45,086 nucleotides of DNA from NCBI GenBank assembly GCA_963847445.1, contig CAWJZV010000043.1, positions 1-45,086 on the forward strand. Direction: 5' to 3'. This stretch comes from an uncultured delta proteobacterium (GTDB lineage Bacteria; Desulfobacterota; Binatia; UBA9968). Shown here one piece after another: positions 21,366 through 32,148 of the stretch. Position numbers and translations under genes: made by a program. Each line of letters begins with the position of its first letter. Position 1 is the stretch's first letter. The notes under the pieces were generated by a model that searched no databases, was not told the DNA's origin, and saw only the letters and a program-made list of their open reading frames with translations.

Positions 21366-21487
21366 TCATCCGCCAAGATCCTGCTTCTTGGCGTCGAACT
21401 CATCTTTTATTGATCTCGCCGCGCGCACACCTCAGCCCAGAACATGAGCATTACAAACATTATCCCAATTTCCCAGTCGCCTACCAT
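21366..21487 (-). pseudogene. Internally deleted SHOCT-domain membrane protein remnant
   Basis: MVGDWEIGIMFVMLMFWA joined directly to ARGEINK-DEFDAKKQDLGG*. Confidence 0.55.
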
Positions 21488-21493
21488 GCGCCG

Positions 21494-21931
21494 CTATTTC
21501 GATGTCTTCATCCCTCGCCCCATCCGCTCAGACATCTGTTTCATCATGCCGGACATATCGCCCATCATCTTTGACATATTCTGCATCTCTTCAGGCGTCA
21601 TCTTTCCACCGCCCATCATGCCACCCATGTCGCCCATCACACCCGACATGCCGCCCATCATCTTGCCCATTTCGTTCGTCTCTTCGCCCTTCATCATTCC
21701 TTGACCTTTCATCATGCCGCCCATGCCTTTTTTCATCTCCATCATTTTGCCGTGCATCTCCTTCATCTTACTCATGTCCATACCGCCGCCCTGCATACTC
21801 TCCCCCTTCATGGGCATGCCTTCCTTCATCGGCATCTGCCCTTTCATCGGCATTTCCTTTTTCTCCTGGGCTAGTGCAGGAAACCCGCCCAGCGCCGCAG
21901 ATAGGAACATCGCTACAACAATCTTTTTCAT
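21494..21931 (-). CDS. Secreted methionine-rich low-complexity protein
   Basis: AAGGAG RBS; signal MKKIVVAMFLSAALGGFPALA; MPMK repeats and MM/GM-rich body. Confidence 0.85.
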   Translation of the reverse strand: MKKIVVAMFLSAALGGFPALAQEKKEMPMKGQMPMKEGMPMKGESMQGGGMDMSKMKEMHGKMMEMKKGMGGMMKGQGMMKGEETNEMGKMMGGMSGVMGDMGGMMGGGKMTPEEMQNMSKMMGDMSGMMKQMSERMGRGMKTSK

Positions 21932-21973
21932 GACCATCTCCTTTTTGTTTTCCTGAATTCGTTTATCCAATTT

Positions 21974-22234
21974 TTACCTTGCGCCGATGACCAGACTCGC
22001 ATTATGCATCCAGGCGATGTACCAGCCACCGACCCAAGCGAGGATTCCTAAATACAACGCGCCCCACACCATGCTTACCGGATTCCCCCAGTAAAACCCC
22101 GGGATCAGTTCGAGAAGGCTATGGTGTAGTTCCATGGTTTTGCCGGAGAGTAGTAATCCGTAACCGATGCACAGGATATAGAAGATCTAAATTCCGAGTA
22201 CGCAGAGACCGGCGTACTTTGTTTTGAACAACAT
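21974..22234 (-). CDS. DUF5676-like small membrane protein; frameshifted
   Basis: Not in ORF track. GAGGAG RBS; MLFKTKYAGLCVLGI-.IFYILCIGYGLLL...HHSLLELIPGFYW...AWVGGWYIAWMHNASLVIGAR*. Confidence 0.6.
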
Positions 22235-22325
22235 TGGAATCAGCTCCTCTCGTCGATTTCGCTTTCTCTAGATCACCAACGGGCACTAATGCTGATGGCC
22301 TTTTCCTTCCTTGTCACGCTCGCCC

Positions 22326-22475
22326 CTTGCCAATCCGCTTTTCCACTTCGTCCACGCTCAATACCGACAGCACGTCGCGCACTTCAATAACGCTCGTTTT
22401 CATCGTGCCTCCTTATCGGTTTTCGTACTCAAAATGTCCTGTTACCTATCTGATCACTTTGCAGGCTGACCGTTT
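22326..22475 (-). repeat. Diverged direct repeat of 25675-25824 (ppk2 3' end, spacer and HMA 5' end); truncated HMA gene
   Basis: Encodes NGQPAK*...MKTSVIEVRDVLSVLSVDEVEKRIG versus NGQLAK*...MKTSVIEVHDMLSVLSVRGVEERIG. Confidence 0.8.
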
Positions 22476-22532
22476 ATGTGTCCGCGGCCTGCATGACCTG
22501 CGTCAATGCAGACAGTGCTTTGGGGCGATGTC

Positions 22533-25500
22533 TCACCGGCTCCATGCGCGATTCACTAGCTTGCGCAATTCGCTGAACCACAGCACGACGCTGGCCATCG
22601 CAGCGCAGAGCAGCCACTGGCCGAGCTCCAGCGGCACCGTGCCGAAGGCGAGGTTGAGGAAGTCGAGGTTGACGACCGCCACCTGCAGCAGCACCGACAG
22701 CGCGATCGCGCCCCACAGCCACGGGTTGACGAACAGGTGCGCGAACGCGCTCGTGGTCTCCGAGCGCGCGTTGAAGCAGTTGAACAACTGGCGAAGACCA
22801 GCACGGTGAAGCCGGCGGTGCGCGCGGTGGCGAGGTCGTGCGTGCCCTCGATCAGCCCGCCGGGCAGGTAGAGGTCGATCGTCAGCAGCGTCACGACCGC
22901 CATCACCACGCCGATCTGGATCACCCCCGCCCACATGCGGGCGTCGATCACCCGCTCGCTCAGCCGCCGCGGCTTGCGCGCCATGACGTCGTCGGTCGGC
23001 GGGTCGACGCCCATCGCCAGCGCCGGCCCGGAGTCGGTGATCAGGTTGATCCACAGGATCTGCGTCGCGAGCAGCGGCAGCACCACCGCGTCGCCGGCGC
23101 CCGTCAGCCCGATCACGCCGGCCCCGACCACACCCAGGAAGACCGTCAGCACCTCGCCCATGTTCGAGGACAGCAGGTAGCGCAGGAACTTGCGGATGTT
23201 GTCGAAGATGCCGCGCCCCTCGCGCACGGCCTCGACGATGGTGGCGAAGTTGTCGTCGGCGAGGATCATCTTGGCCGCTTCCTTCGTCACCTCGGTCCCG
23301 GTCACACCCATCGCGACGCCGATGTCGGCCGACTTCAGCGCCGGCGCATCGTTGACGCCGTCGCCGGTCATCGCGACGATGTTGCCGTCGGCCTGCAGCG
23401 CGTCGACGATGCGCAGCTTGTGCGCGGGCGCCACCCGCGCGTAGACGGACGTCTTGCGCACCGCCTCGGCGAAGGCCGCATCGTCGAGCGCGTCGAGCTC
23501 GAGCCCGGTCAGCGCGGTGGCGCCGGCCTCCACGATGCCGAGATCCGCGGCGATGCGCGCGGCCGTGCGCGGGTGGTCGCCGGTGATCATGATCACCCGG
23601 ATGCCGGCCCGGCGGGCCTCGCGAATGGCGACCGCCGCCTCCTCGCGCGGCGGGTCGATGATGCCCACGGTGCCGACGAAGATGAGGTCGCGTTCGAGCG
23701 ATTCCGTGACTTGCGGGTCCTCGCCCGGGTCGAGCGGGCGGTAGGCCACGGCCAGGGTGCGCAGCGCCGCGTCGGAAAGCGTGTCGACGTCGGCCAGGAT
23801 CCGCGCCCGCAGCGCGTCATCGAGCTCGACCAGCTCCATCCCCACGCGCGCCCGGGTGCACCGCTCGAGCAGGACGTCCGGGGCGCCCTTGGTGATCACC
23901 ACGACCTCGTCGTCGTGTTCGTGGTCGAGCTCGATCGTCGACATCATCTTGCGCTCGGACGTGAACGGGATTTCGCCGATGCGCTCGAAACGCCGCTCGC
24001 GCCGCTCGGTGACACCCAGCTTGCGCTCGGCCACCAGGAAGGCCGCTTCGGTGGGGTCGCCGTGGATCTCCCACTCGCCGCCCGCCGTCTGGCGCAGGTC
24101 GGCGTTGCCGGCCAGGCTGCCGCCGCTGAGCACCACGATGTGCTCGTCACGCAGCGGTCCGGCTGCCAGCTCGGCGCCCTCGTGTTCCACCTGCCCGTGG
24201 GGCGCGTACCCGACCCCGGTGACATGGGTGCCGCCCGAGGCGGTCATCACCCGCTCGATGGTCATCTCCGAGCGGGTCAGCGTGCCGGTCTTGTCCGAGG
24301 CGATGACCGAGGCGGAGCCCAGCGTCTCCACCGACGACAGCTTCTTGACGATCGCGTTGTGCTTCGCCATCCGCTGCACGCCCAAGGGCGAGCACCACCG
24401 ACAGGATCGCCGGCAGCCCCTCGGGCACGGCCGCCACCGCCAGGGACACGCCGAGCAGCAGGACGTCGATGACATCGGCGGCGCTGCGGATGTCGGAGAT
24501 CAGCAGGATGGTCCCCACCACCACGACGGCGATGATGACGACCGCGATGCCGAGCATGCGCCCGATGCGTGCGACTTCCTTCTGCAGCGGTGTCGGCTCC
24601 TCCTCGGTGGCCTCGAGCATTTCGGCGATCGAGCCCATCTCGGTGTCCATCCCGGTCGCCGTGACCACGGCGCGACCGGTGCCCTGCGCGACGGCCGTGC
24701 CCTTGAAGACCATGTCGAGTCGGTCGCCGAGCGCCGCCGGTTCGCGCAGCGTGGCGGCATCCTTGAGCACGGCTTCGCTCTCGCCGGTCAGCGAGGCTTC
24801 CTGCACGCGCAGTGACGTGGCCTGAAGCAGGCGTGCATCCGCCCCGACGGCGTCACCCTCGCCGAGCACGAGCAAGTCGCCACGCACCAGCTCGGCGCTG
24901 GGCACCCGCAGCACCTGCCCGTCACGCAGGACCGCGGAGGTCACTGCGGTCATCCGGGCCAGTGCGGCCACGGCGTTCTCCGCCTTGGCTTCCTGCACAT
25001 AGCCCAGGACCCCGTTGAGCAGCGACGATCGTCCCGATGACGATCGCATCCACAGGCCAGCCGACCAAGCCCTCGATCACCCAGGCGACGAGCGCGATGG
25101 CAATGGCGGCCAGCAACAGGTAGACGAGGGGATCATGGAAGTGCGACAGGACGCGACGCCACGCGGGCCGCCGCGGGGCAGAGCGGAGTTCGTTCGGGCC
25201 GTCTTGCGCGAGCCGGCGCGACGCCTCCTGCGACGTGAGCCCATTGTTCGAGATCTGCCCCGAGAGCTCTCGCTACTTCGTCAGCATTCTTGACGGAAGG
25301 ATCATCGAGTCTGCCTGCCTTCGCCATGGCGGGTGGGGGGGTTGGAGGCGGCGCGCCCGGCGCTGTGTGGCCCTCTGGCCGTCGATGCGGGAGCGGCGGC
25401 GCGGGCAGGCGGCGGGCGCGACAGTGGCAACTTGCGGCGCAGCGGCTACGGGCGTTGAAGCGGAGGCCGGCACAGCTTCCGGCGTTGGCACTACCGCACC

Positions 25501-25752
25501 CTTGCGTGCGGGCTCGTGTTCACTTACATGCTTGGGTAGGGATTCGCCTGCAGACTGATACCCGCATTGGCGCACGGCCGCCTTGATGTCGGCGGCCTTG
25601 AGTCGGGTTTCGTCGTAGCGCACTGTGGCGCTTTCCGCAGCGTAATTCACGGTAACGCTTTCGACACCCGGCACCTCGCCGATCCGTTCTTCCACTCCGC
25701 GCACGCTCAATACCGAGAGCATGTCGTGGACTTCAATAACACTCGTTTTCAT
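22533..25752 (-). CDS. P2A-type cation-transporting ATPase, apparently with N-terminal HMA-like domain; frameshifted, high GC
   Basis: [62 protein letters not shown]; HMA-like MKTSVIEV...GVESVTVNYA..ATVRYD at 25752 followed by a Pro/Ala linker. Confidence 0.85.
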
Positions 25753-25802
25753 CGCGTTTCCTAAACGGTCTTCATACGCAAAATGTCTCGTTTCATCCCC
25801 GA

Positions 25803-26610
25803 TCACTTCGCAAGCTGGCCGTTTTCGCGATTTGAGCCGTCGTATGCAAATACGATCCGCCGATCCGGCCGGATCAGCCGCTTGTCCTTGCCGGTGTAGT
25901 GAAGCCGGCCGAGCAGATCCTTGATGATATTGAGCCGCGCCAGACGCTTGTCGTTGGCGCGCACCAAAGTCCACGGCGCCGTCGGGTTGTGGGTGCGCGC
26001 CAAGCATCTCGTTGCGGGCCCGGCTGTATGCTTTCCAGTGCTTGATCGCCTGGTCGTCGATCGGACTGACTTTCCACTGCTTGAGCGGATCCTCTTTCCG
26101 GTCCCTCAGCCGGCGCTTCTGCTCCGCTTTGCTGATATCGAGATAGTACTTGAGGAGCTTCACGCCCGAGCGGATCAGCATGTTCTCGAAGTTTGAAACC
26201 GAGCCCATGAACTCCTCATGCTCAGCCTCGGTACAAAAGCCCATTACCCGCTCAACACCGGCACGGTTGTACCAACTGCGATTAAAGAGCACGAGTTCCT
26301 GGGCCGCCGGCAAATAAGGAACATAACGTTGGAAGTACCACGATGTACGGTCCCGGTCCGAGGGTTTGCCGAGGGCGACGACGCGGGTTTCGCGTGGACT
26401 CAGGTGCTGGACAATGCGCTTGATCGTGCCATCTTTTCCGGACGCATCCCGGCCCTCCAGGATGATCAGGATTTTGTCATCGCATTTTATGAAGTGCCGC
26501 TGCAGCTTGACCAGTTCGACCTGGAGCTTGTGGAGGCTGTCCTTATAGGCTTTTTTCGTGATTGAGGGCGCGTGTCCGCTCAATTCTTTTTTGTTGCCTT
26601 TCTTGCTCAT
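25803..26610 (-). CDS. ppk2: Polyphosphate kinase 2; one frameshift
   Basis: EGRDASGKDGTIKR, WYFQRY, FNRSWYNRAGVERVMGF, PLKQWK, APWTLVRANDKRLAR. Confidence 0.9.
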
Positions 26611-26679
26611 AGCTATTTCCTTACCCAAGTTCTATGCAAAGAATTGTAAACGGGTACGTAGACGAGCCCCGCGTGCGCG

Positions 26680-26930
26680 CCATGCAGAACACCGGCCGCC
26701 TTGGCATCCTGCCGATCGCGTCGACACGCTTTTATCCTGCCTTACGTGCACCTTTTTCGAACCCGTCGATCGTCTTCTGGTCGAACGAGTAGCCTTCAAC
26801 ATAAATGGGCTGCAGTTCTTCGAGCGCGAAATAGGCAGTGACCTTGGCGCCGAGCTTGATTGCGAGCGCGCTTGGCGGCCTTGTTGGCGACCGGTGAACC
26901 GTCGGTCGGAATCAGAATGTGCTTGAACAT
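26680..26930 (-). pseudogene. Universal stress protein N-terminal fragment
   Basis: AAGGAG + MFKHILIPTDGSPVANKAA...KLGAKVTAY; breaks off before the C-terminal GSHG motif. Confidence 0.6.
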
Positions 26931-27027
26931 GGGTTCTCCTTGGTAAGAAACTTAAACGCAGCAGTCCGGCTCGCCGCGCCTGGAGCCACGCCACATACCC
27001 TCGCGAATGTGATTCTCTCGATTCACG

Positions 27028-27525
27028 CTAAAGCACCACCGGTTTGTCGGGCAATTCATTCTGGCCATCGCCGACAGCGGGAAAATGTTTCATCAGATGC
27101 TGCGTCACCGCCTGAATGCCGCTGAGCACGCCGTCTTCGTAGTTCGCCTGTTTAAAGGCAGTTTCCATCGTGCGGCAAATCTTCTCCCATTCCTGCGAGC
27201 CCACCTTCGCGTGAATCCCGCGATCGGCAACAATCTCCACGTCCCGGTCGGCGAGCAACAGATAAATCAGCACGCCGTTGTTGTGTTCGGTATCCCACAT
27301 GCGCAGTTGCGAAAAAACTTCGATCGCGCGTTCTCTCGCGGACTGCCCCTTGAAGAGCGGCGTGCCGTCCAGTGCGCCTTCCACCGCGAAACGGATTTCT
27401 CCGACGTGTGCGGTCTCGCTCGCTTTGATCGCTTGCTCAATCGCGATCAAGGTTTGGCGGGGAAAAGCCCGGTTGACTTGCCAGTGGGTCATCAGGAGAT
27501 GCTTCGCTATGCGTTTGATGTTCAT
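27028..27525 (-). CDS. TPM-domain protein
   Basis: GEIRFAVE, ARERAIEVFSQLRMWDTEHNNGVLIYLLLADR, NELPDKPVVL. Confidence 0.85.
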   Translation of the reverse strand: MNIKRIAKHLLMTHWQVNRAFPRQTLIAIEQAIKASETAHVGEIRFAVEGALDGTPLFKGQSARERAIEVFSQLRMWDTEHNNGVLIYLLLADRDVEIVADRGIHAKVGSQEWEKICRTMETAFKQANYEDGVLSGIQAVTQHLMKHFPAVGDGQNELPDKPVVL

Positions 27526-27527
27526 CG

Positions 27528-28382
27528 TTACCACCGACCCGACGCGCCGCCGCCGCCAAAGCCACCACCGCCACCGCCAAAGCCGCCGCCTCCGCCGCCA
27601 AAACCCCCTGTGCCGAATCCTCCACGATGACCGCCGACGCCGCGTCCGCCCATACCGCCGCTGAGCAACGTGAACAAGAGCGCGATCACGCCCGCGACCA
27701 ACGCGATGGATACCGCGCCGACAAATAACCAGGCGACGACAGCCACGGCCCCGCCGGTCACGAGCGCGCCGGGAAATCTGCCCAGCACGGAGCGCAGCAC
27801 CCCACCCACCACGAGCGCAAGAATAAAAATGATCGGAACATACTGCTGAATATCGGCGATGCCGCCGGCGGGCTTTCCTTTGGGTTCCGGCAACGGCTCG
27901 CCGTCGATTACGCGGATGATCTGGTCGACCCCGGCAGTAATGCCGCCATAGAAATCTCCTTGCTTGAAGCGCGGCGTAATGATCTCGCTGATGATGCGCT
28001 TGCTGGTGGCGTCATTGAGCGCTCCTTCCAGGCCGTACCCCACCTCGATGCGCAGCGCGCGGTCGTTCTTGGCGACGACCAGGATTGCACCGTCATCGAC
28101 TTTCTTGCGGCCCAGTTTCCATTGCTCCGCAACGCGCAAGGCATATTGCTCGATCGTTTCCGGAGCGGTGGTGGGAACGATGAGAACCGCGAGCTGACTG
28201 CCTTTTCTGGCTTCAAACGCTTGCAGGGTCTGCTCCAAGGCGGCCTTCTGCTCTGCGGTGAGCGTGGCGGTCTGGTCGGTGACGCGCCCGGTCAAGGGCG
28301 GGACCGCGACCTGTGCTCCGGCTATGAAAGACCAGCAAAGCGTGAATGCAAGCAATGACGCTCTTGCCGTGTTCATCGCCAT
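27528..28382 (-). CDS. TPM-domain (YgcG-like) membrane protein with Gly-rich tail
   Basis: VTDQTATL, WKLGRKKVDDGAIL, RIEVGYGLEGAL, GGGGGFGGGGASGRW. Confidence 0.9.
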   Translation of the reverse strand: MAMNTARASLLAFTLCWSFIAGAQVAVPPLTGRVTDQTATLTAEQKAALEQTLQAFEARKGSQLAVLIVPTTAPETIEQYALRVAEQWKLGRKKVDDGAILVVAKNDRALRIEVGYGLEGALNDATSKRIISEIITPRFKQGDFYGGITAGVDQIIRVIDGEPLPEPKGKPAGGIADIQQYVPIIFILALVVGGVLRSVLGRFPGALVTGGAVAVVAWLFVGAVSIALVAGVIALLFTLLSGGMGGRGVGGHRGGFGTGGFGGGGGGFGGGGGGFGGGGASGRW

Positions 28383-30657
28383 CACTTGGCGGCTCCCTGA
28401 GCCTCGCCTTGGGGCTTGGCAGCGTCGCCGCAACGGTTGCCGCTTTTTTGTCTGGACGTTGCCACATTAAATTGAGTGCGAAATAAACGAACGCGATTGC
28501 GCCGATGGCGAATATTGTGTCGCCGATCATTCGCATCCAGCGCAGAGTCTGCATCAGGTCTGTCTGCATGAATTCGGAACTTCGCGCCGACCAGTAGCCG
28601 ACTGAAACCGATTGATAGGTTTGCATCAGACCGACCGGCAGCAGGCTCAAGACGATTTCCAACATCATTCCGATATTGATCGCCCAGAACGCAAACCAAA
28701 TCGGTCGTTCCTTCCACTTGAGTTCCGGCTTCATCGCCCGCAGACAAAACAGCAACAGTCCAAGTCCGAGCGTGCCGTAGACACCATAGAGTGCGCCGTG
28801 CGCGTGAACCGCCGTCGTGTTCAAGCCCTGCATGTAATAAAGCGCGATCGGCGGATTGATCATAAATCCGAAAATTCCCGCGCCGACCAGATTCCAGAAC
28901 GCGACAGCGACAAAGAAATAAACGACCCATTTATACTGAGTGAGCCACGGCCGTGCTTTGGAGCGGCGAATGTTTTCCACCGCTTCGTGTCCGACCAGAA
29001 GCAGCGGAACGATCTCGAGCGCGCTGAACACCGAGCCGAAGGCGATCGCCACGGTCGGCGTTCCGGCAAAATACAGGTGATGAAGCGTGCCGATAATTCC
29101 GCCGCTTAAATAGATCGCGCCCGAAAGCAGCGATGCCTGCGCCGCGCTTTCGGCACGAATGACGCGCAGCTTGGCAAACAAGAACGCAATGACAACCGTC
29201 GCAAAAACTTCGAAAAAGCCTTCGACCCACAGATGCACGACCCACCAGCGCCAATATTCGACGACCGAAAGGTGCGAGCGCATTCCCCAAAAAAGTCCCG
29301 GACTGTAGAACAACGCGATTCCGGCCGTCGACAAGAAATACAGAGTGATCAGAGATTTCGACGTGCCTTTTTGCTTGAGCGCCGGAATCGCGGTGCGCGC
29401 GATCAGGAAGAGCCACAAGAGCAAACCGACAAAAAGTGCCGCCTGCCAGACTCTGCCTAAATCGACGTATTCATAGCCTTGATGTCCGAACCAAAACCAC
29501 AGATCGCCGGGCAGCTTGTGCATCACGCTCATCCATTGCCCGGCCATCGAACCTAAAACGACGATCAGCAACGCACCGAAAAGCACATCCACGCCGAGTT
29601 TTTGACGTTTCGGCTCGTAACCGCAGATGAACGGCGCGATAAAAAGTCCGGCGGCCAGCCACGCCGTCGCAATCCAGAAAATCCCAAGCTGTGTGTGCCA
29701 GGTTCGCGTAACTACATACGGCAGATAATCCGCCAGCGGAATTCCGTAAAATCCGCCGCCTTCGACGCCGTAGTGCGCCGTGATCATTCCCATCACGATT
29801 TGCAAAAGGAACAGCAGCGTGACGACGAGAAAGTATTTGACCGTCGCTTTTTGCGAAGGCGCAATCTGGGCGCCGATTAGAGGGTCATCATCCGGCACAT
29901 CGTCCGAAACGGTTTCCGTTTCGCGCAGGCGTAATACCAAACCATCCAGCCGATGCCCGCCAACAGCATGATCACGCTGACGCCTGTCCAGACAATGGCG
30001 CTGCTGGTCGGAACGTTGCCGACGAGCGGTTCGGGCGGAAAATTACTGGTGTAGGAAATTGTGTTGTTCGGACGATTGGTCGCCGATGCCCACGCCGTCC
30101 AAAAGAAAAAGGAATTCAATTGACGAAGTTTTGCCGGGTCAGCTTGCGCATTGCGCTGAATCGCGTATGCGGTTGTTGCCGTTGGTGAAAACATCAGAGT
30201 AATGTTTGAGATTATCTTCAAACGCGCGGGCGCGAATCGGTTCGATGGTGAACCTGCCGGTCGCTTCGTCATAGTTGTTTTTTCGCATCGTGTCTTGCAG
30301 ACGCTGGCGCAAGACCGCTTGCTGTTCAGAAGCCAGATTGGCATAGTCGTTTGAAAAATCCTTTTTCGACCATTCGTTCAAAATGAAGAGCGCTTCGCGA
30401 TGCAGATAATCCGCCGACCAATCGGGCGCAACGTAAGAGCCGTGTCCCCAAATCGAGCCGCTCTGCATTCCGCCCATTGCCTGCCAGACGTTTTGCCCGT
30501 TGGATATCTCTTCCGCCGCAATCAAAACCTGGCCATCAGTCGTCACGACTTCGCGAGGAATCGGCGGAGCCTGGCGAAAAATCTCCGTGCCGACCCAGCC
30601 TAATACCGCAAACGAAAATACAAATATTGCGATAAAAATCATCCAGAGTTTTTTCAT
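28213..30657 (-). CDS. norZ: Quinol-dependent nitric oxide reductase (qNOR); two frameshifts, 3' end uncertain
   Basis: GSIWGHGSYVAPDWSADYLHRE, RTWHTQL, QGYEYVDLGR, WWVVHLWVEGFFEVF, GTLHHLYF, VHAHGALYGVYG, RWMRMIGD. Confidence 0.9.
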
Positions 30658-30707
30658 AAAAATCCGTTTCTTACTTCGTATCCGCTCCGCCATCATCTTA
30701 GGCGGGA

Positions 30708-30932
30708 CTATCTCGAATCTGTTGCCGCACTCCGGTTAAGAAAGTGGTCTCGAACTTGCGCCACAATCTGCGGATCAGTCATCTTGCCGGTTGGTTCGCT
30801 GGCTACTAGGTGTCCGCTGAGGTTGTCTTTCTCCAATCGTTTTTTGAGCTCACCCTTTGCCTCACCGGGACCCAATATCAGAAGAAATTCGGCCTCACGA
30901 ATGCATGAAACTACCGCGTCATAGTAAATATA
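30708..30932 (-). pseudogene. C-terminal fragment of a baeRF/host-attachment-like protein
   Basis: YYDAVVSCIREAEFLLILGPGEAKGELKKRLE...KMTDPQIVAQVRDHF; no N-terminal part. Confidence 0.6.
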
Positions 30933-30934
30933 TA

Positions 30935-30998
30935 CGCCGTAGAGAAAGCTCTCAATCAACCCCCCGGCAGACGCCCCAAAAGGTCAGCCACTTGAAAG
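30935..30998 (-). repeat. ~63-bp near-identical copy of 34039-34101 (DUF5676 internal segment)
   Basis: CGCCGTAGAGAAAGCTCTCAATCAACCCC...CCCCAAAAGGTCAGCCACTTGAAAG at both sites. Confidence 0.85.
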
Positions 30999-31054
30999 GG
31001 TTGCGCCACCTTCAACGTGATCCACAACCAACAATCGCTCCTTCGATGAGCGCG

Positions 31055-31450
31055 TTATGCCGGGATGCGGTAGTTAACCATCATGTTGCCGTCCTCGTGC
31101 TCCAGATTGTGGCAATGAAATAAGAAAAGTCGCGCGCCCGGAAACGCTTGCCGGAAGTCAACTGCGATACGCACAGTTTCGCCGGGCCAAATCATCACAG
31201 TGTCTTTCCAGCCCAGATCAGTTACCGCACGTCCGCCGCTCGCCGTGGCCAGAGGACGCAACGCCGCAGGACTGTTGCTTCGCCCGAGCACCTGAAACGA
31301 AAAGCCGTGCAGGTGCATGGGATGAATCATGCTGTTTGTGGCGTTCTCGATATCCCACACTTCAACCGCCCGCAGGACTTCAAACGCGGCGGTGTCGCGC
31401 TGGAACTGCTGGCCGTTGATCAGCCATTCATGGCCGCCTCTATTTTGCCA
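31055..31450 (-). pseudogene. Multicopper oxidase C-terminal cupredoxin domain only
   Basis: WLING, HPMHLHGFSFQVL, WKDTV, FHCHNLEHEDGNMM; N-terminal domains absent. Confidence 0.75.
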
Positions 31451-31557
31451 GCCCCGCCAAACTGACGGATGGTTCAGCGGTCTCACAACTGCGATCCTGA
31501 CAGGCAGGCGCGATGATGACTGGAACCGAACCATCGGAAACTTCAAAGGCCAGCGTA

Positions 31558-31944
31558 TCAACCTGACGCCGCTTCCTTCATGATTTTAACAATCGTGTCC
31601 TCCACTTCCTGCGCCACCCCTTCCAGTTGCGGCGTGTTGAACATCGCCAGCAGAGTGGTTGGCTTCAAGGTCGCCAGAATGGTTTTACCGCCCTCCTCGT
31701 AAATGGAGATCCGGCATGGCAGTGCGGTGGAGACGCTCATGTTTTGATCGAGCACCTTCTTCGCTTGTTGCGGCTGACAGACCTCGAAGATCAGACATTC
31801 ACGGGCGAACTCCACGCCCTTCTTCGCCATGGTCTCTTTGAGGTTGTGAACCTGCATGACGCCAAAGTGATTGGCCTGGACGGCAGCCTGCAAGGCAGCC
31901 GCAGCTTCACTCACGGTTTTGTCAGTGGATAATTTGATCAGCAT
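31558..31944 (-). CDS. DUF302-domain protein
   Basis: IFEVCQPQQAKKVL...STALPCRISIYE; intact ORF with RBS. Confidence 0.85.
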   Translation of the reverse strand: MLIKLSTDKTVSEAAAALQAAVQANHFGVMQVHNLKETMAKKGVEFARECLIFEVCQPQQAKKVLDQNMSVSTALPCRISIYEEGGKTILATLKPTTLLAMFNTPQLEGVAQEVEDTIVKIMKEAASG

Positions 31945-31998
31945 AGGTTTCCTTTCATGGTTAACAGTTCACTTCACAGGCGGGTCGTGAACGCACGA

Positions 31999-32124
31999 TT
32001 ATTTCTTGGACAGCTTGTTAATCACGACGACCAGCAGGACCACCACCAGGACGCCGATCACCGTCCAAATCCACATCCCTCCGCCCATCCATCCACCCAT
32101 CCATCCGTCAGTTTGGTTCATCAT
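31999..32124 (-). CDS. 41-aa single-TM microprotein
   Basis: MMNQTDGWMGGWMGGGMWIWTVIGVLVVVLLVVVINKLSKK*; below ORF-track cutoff; AAGGGGG upstream. Confidence 0.6.
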   Translation of the reverse strand: MMNQTDGWMGGWMGGGMWIWTVIGVLVVVLLVVVINKLSKK

Positions 32125-32148
32125 AAAGCCCCCTTCGTTCGCGTTACT

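Noticed and set aside
21371-21393. Hairpin CGCCAAGA-7-TCTTGGCG as terminator
   Set aside because: No U-tract, and it lies inside the SHOCT remnant coding sequence.
21494-21860. CRISPR-like or tandem DNA repeats (also 27545-27600, 12810-12900)
   Set aside because: Explained by Met/Gly-rich and LPPGL coding repeats; no constant repeat-spacer period and no cas genes.
22838-24815. Long plus-strand ORFs (544 aa, 352 aa) and similar ones at 36963-39480 and 42457-44586
   Set aside because: Antisense shadows of GC-rich genes with clear motifs on the minus strand.
25273-26628. PPK2-HMA fusion (451-aa ORF)
   Set aside because: Caused by a frameshift near 26000; PPK2 ends properly at 25803 in another frame and the HMA has its own ATG at 25752.
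28213-30657. NO dismutase (Nod)-type variant of qNOR
   Set aside because: Active-site motifs are canonical qNOR (HLWVEGFFE, LHHLY, HAH).
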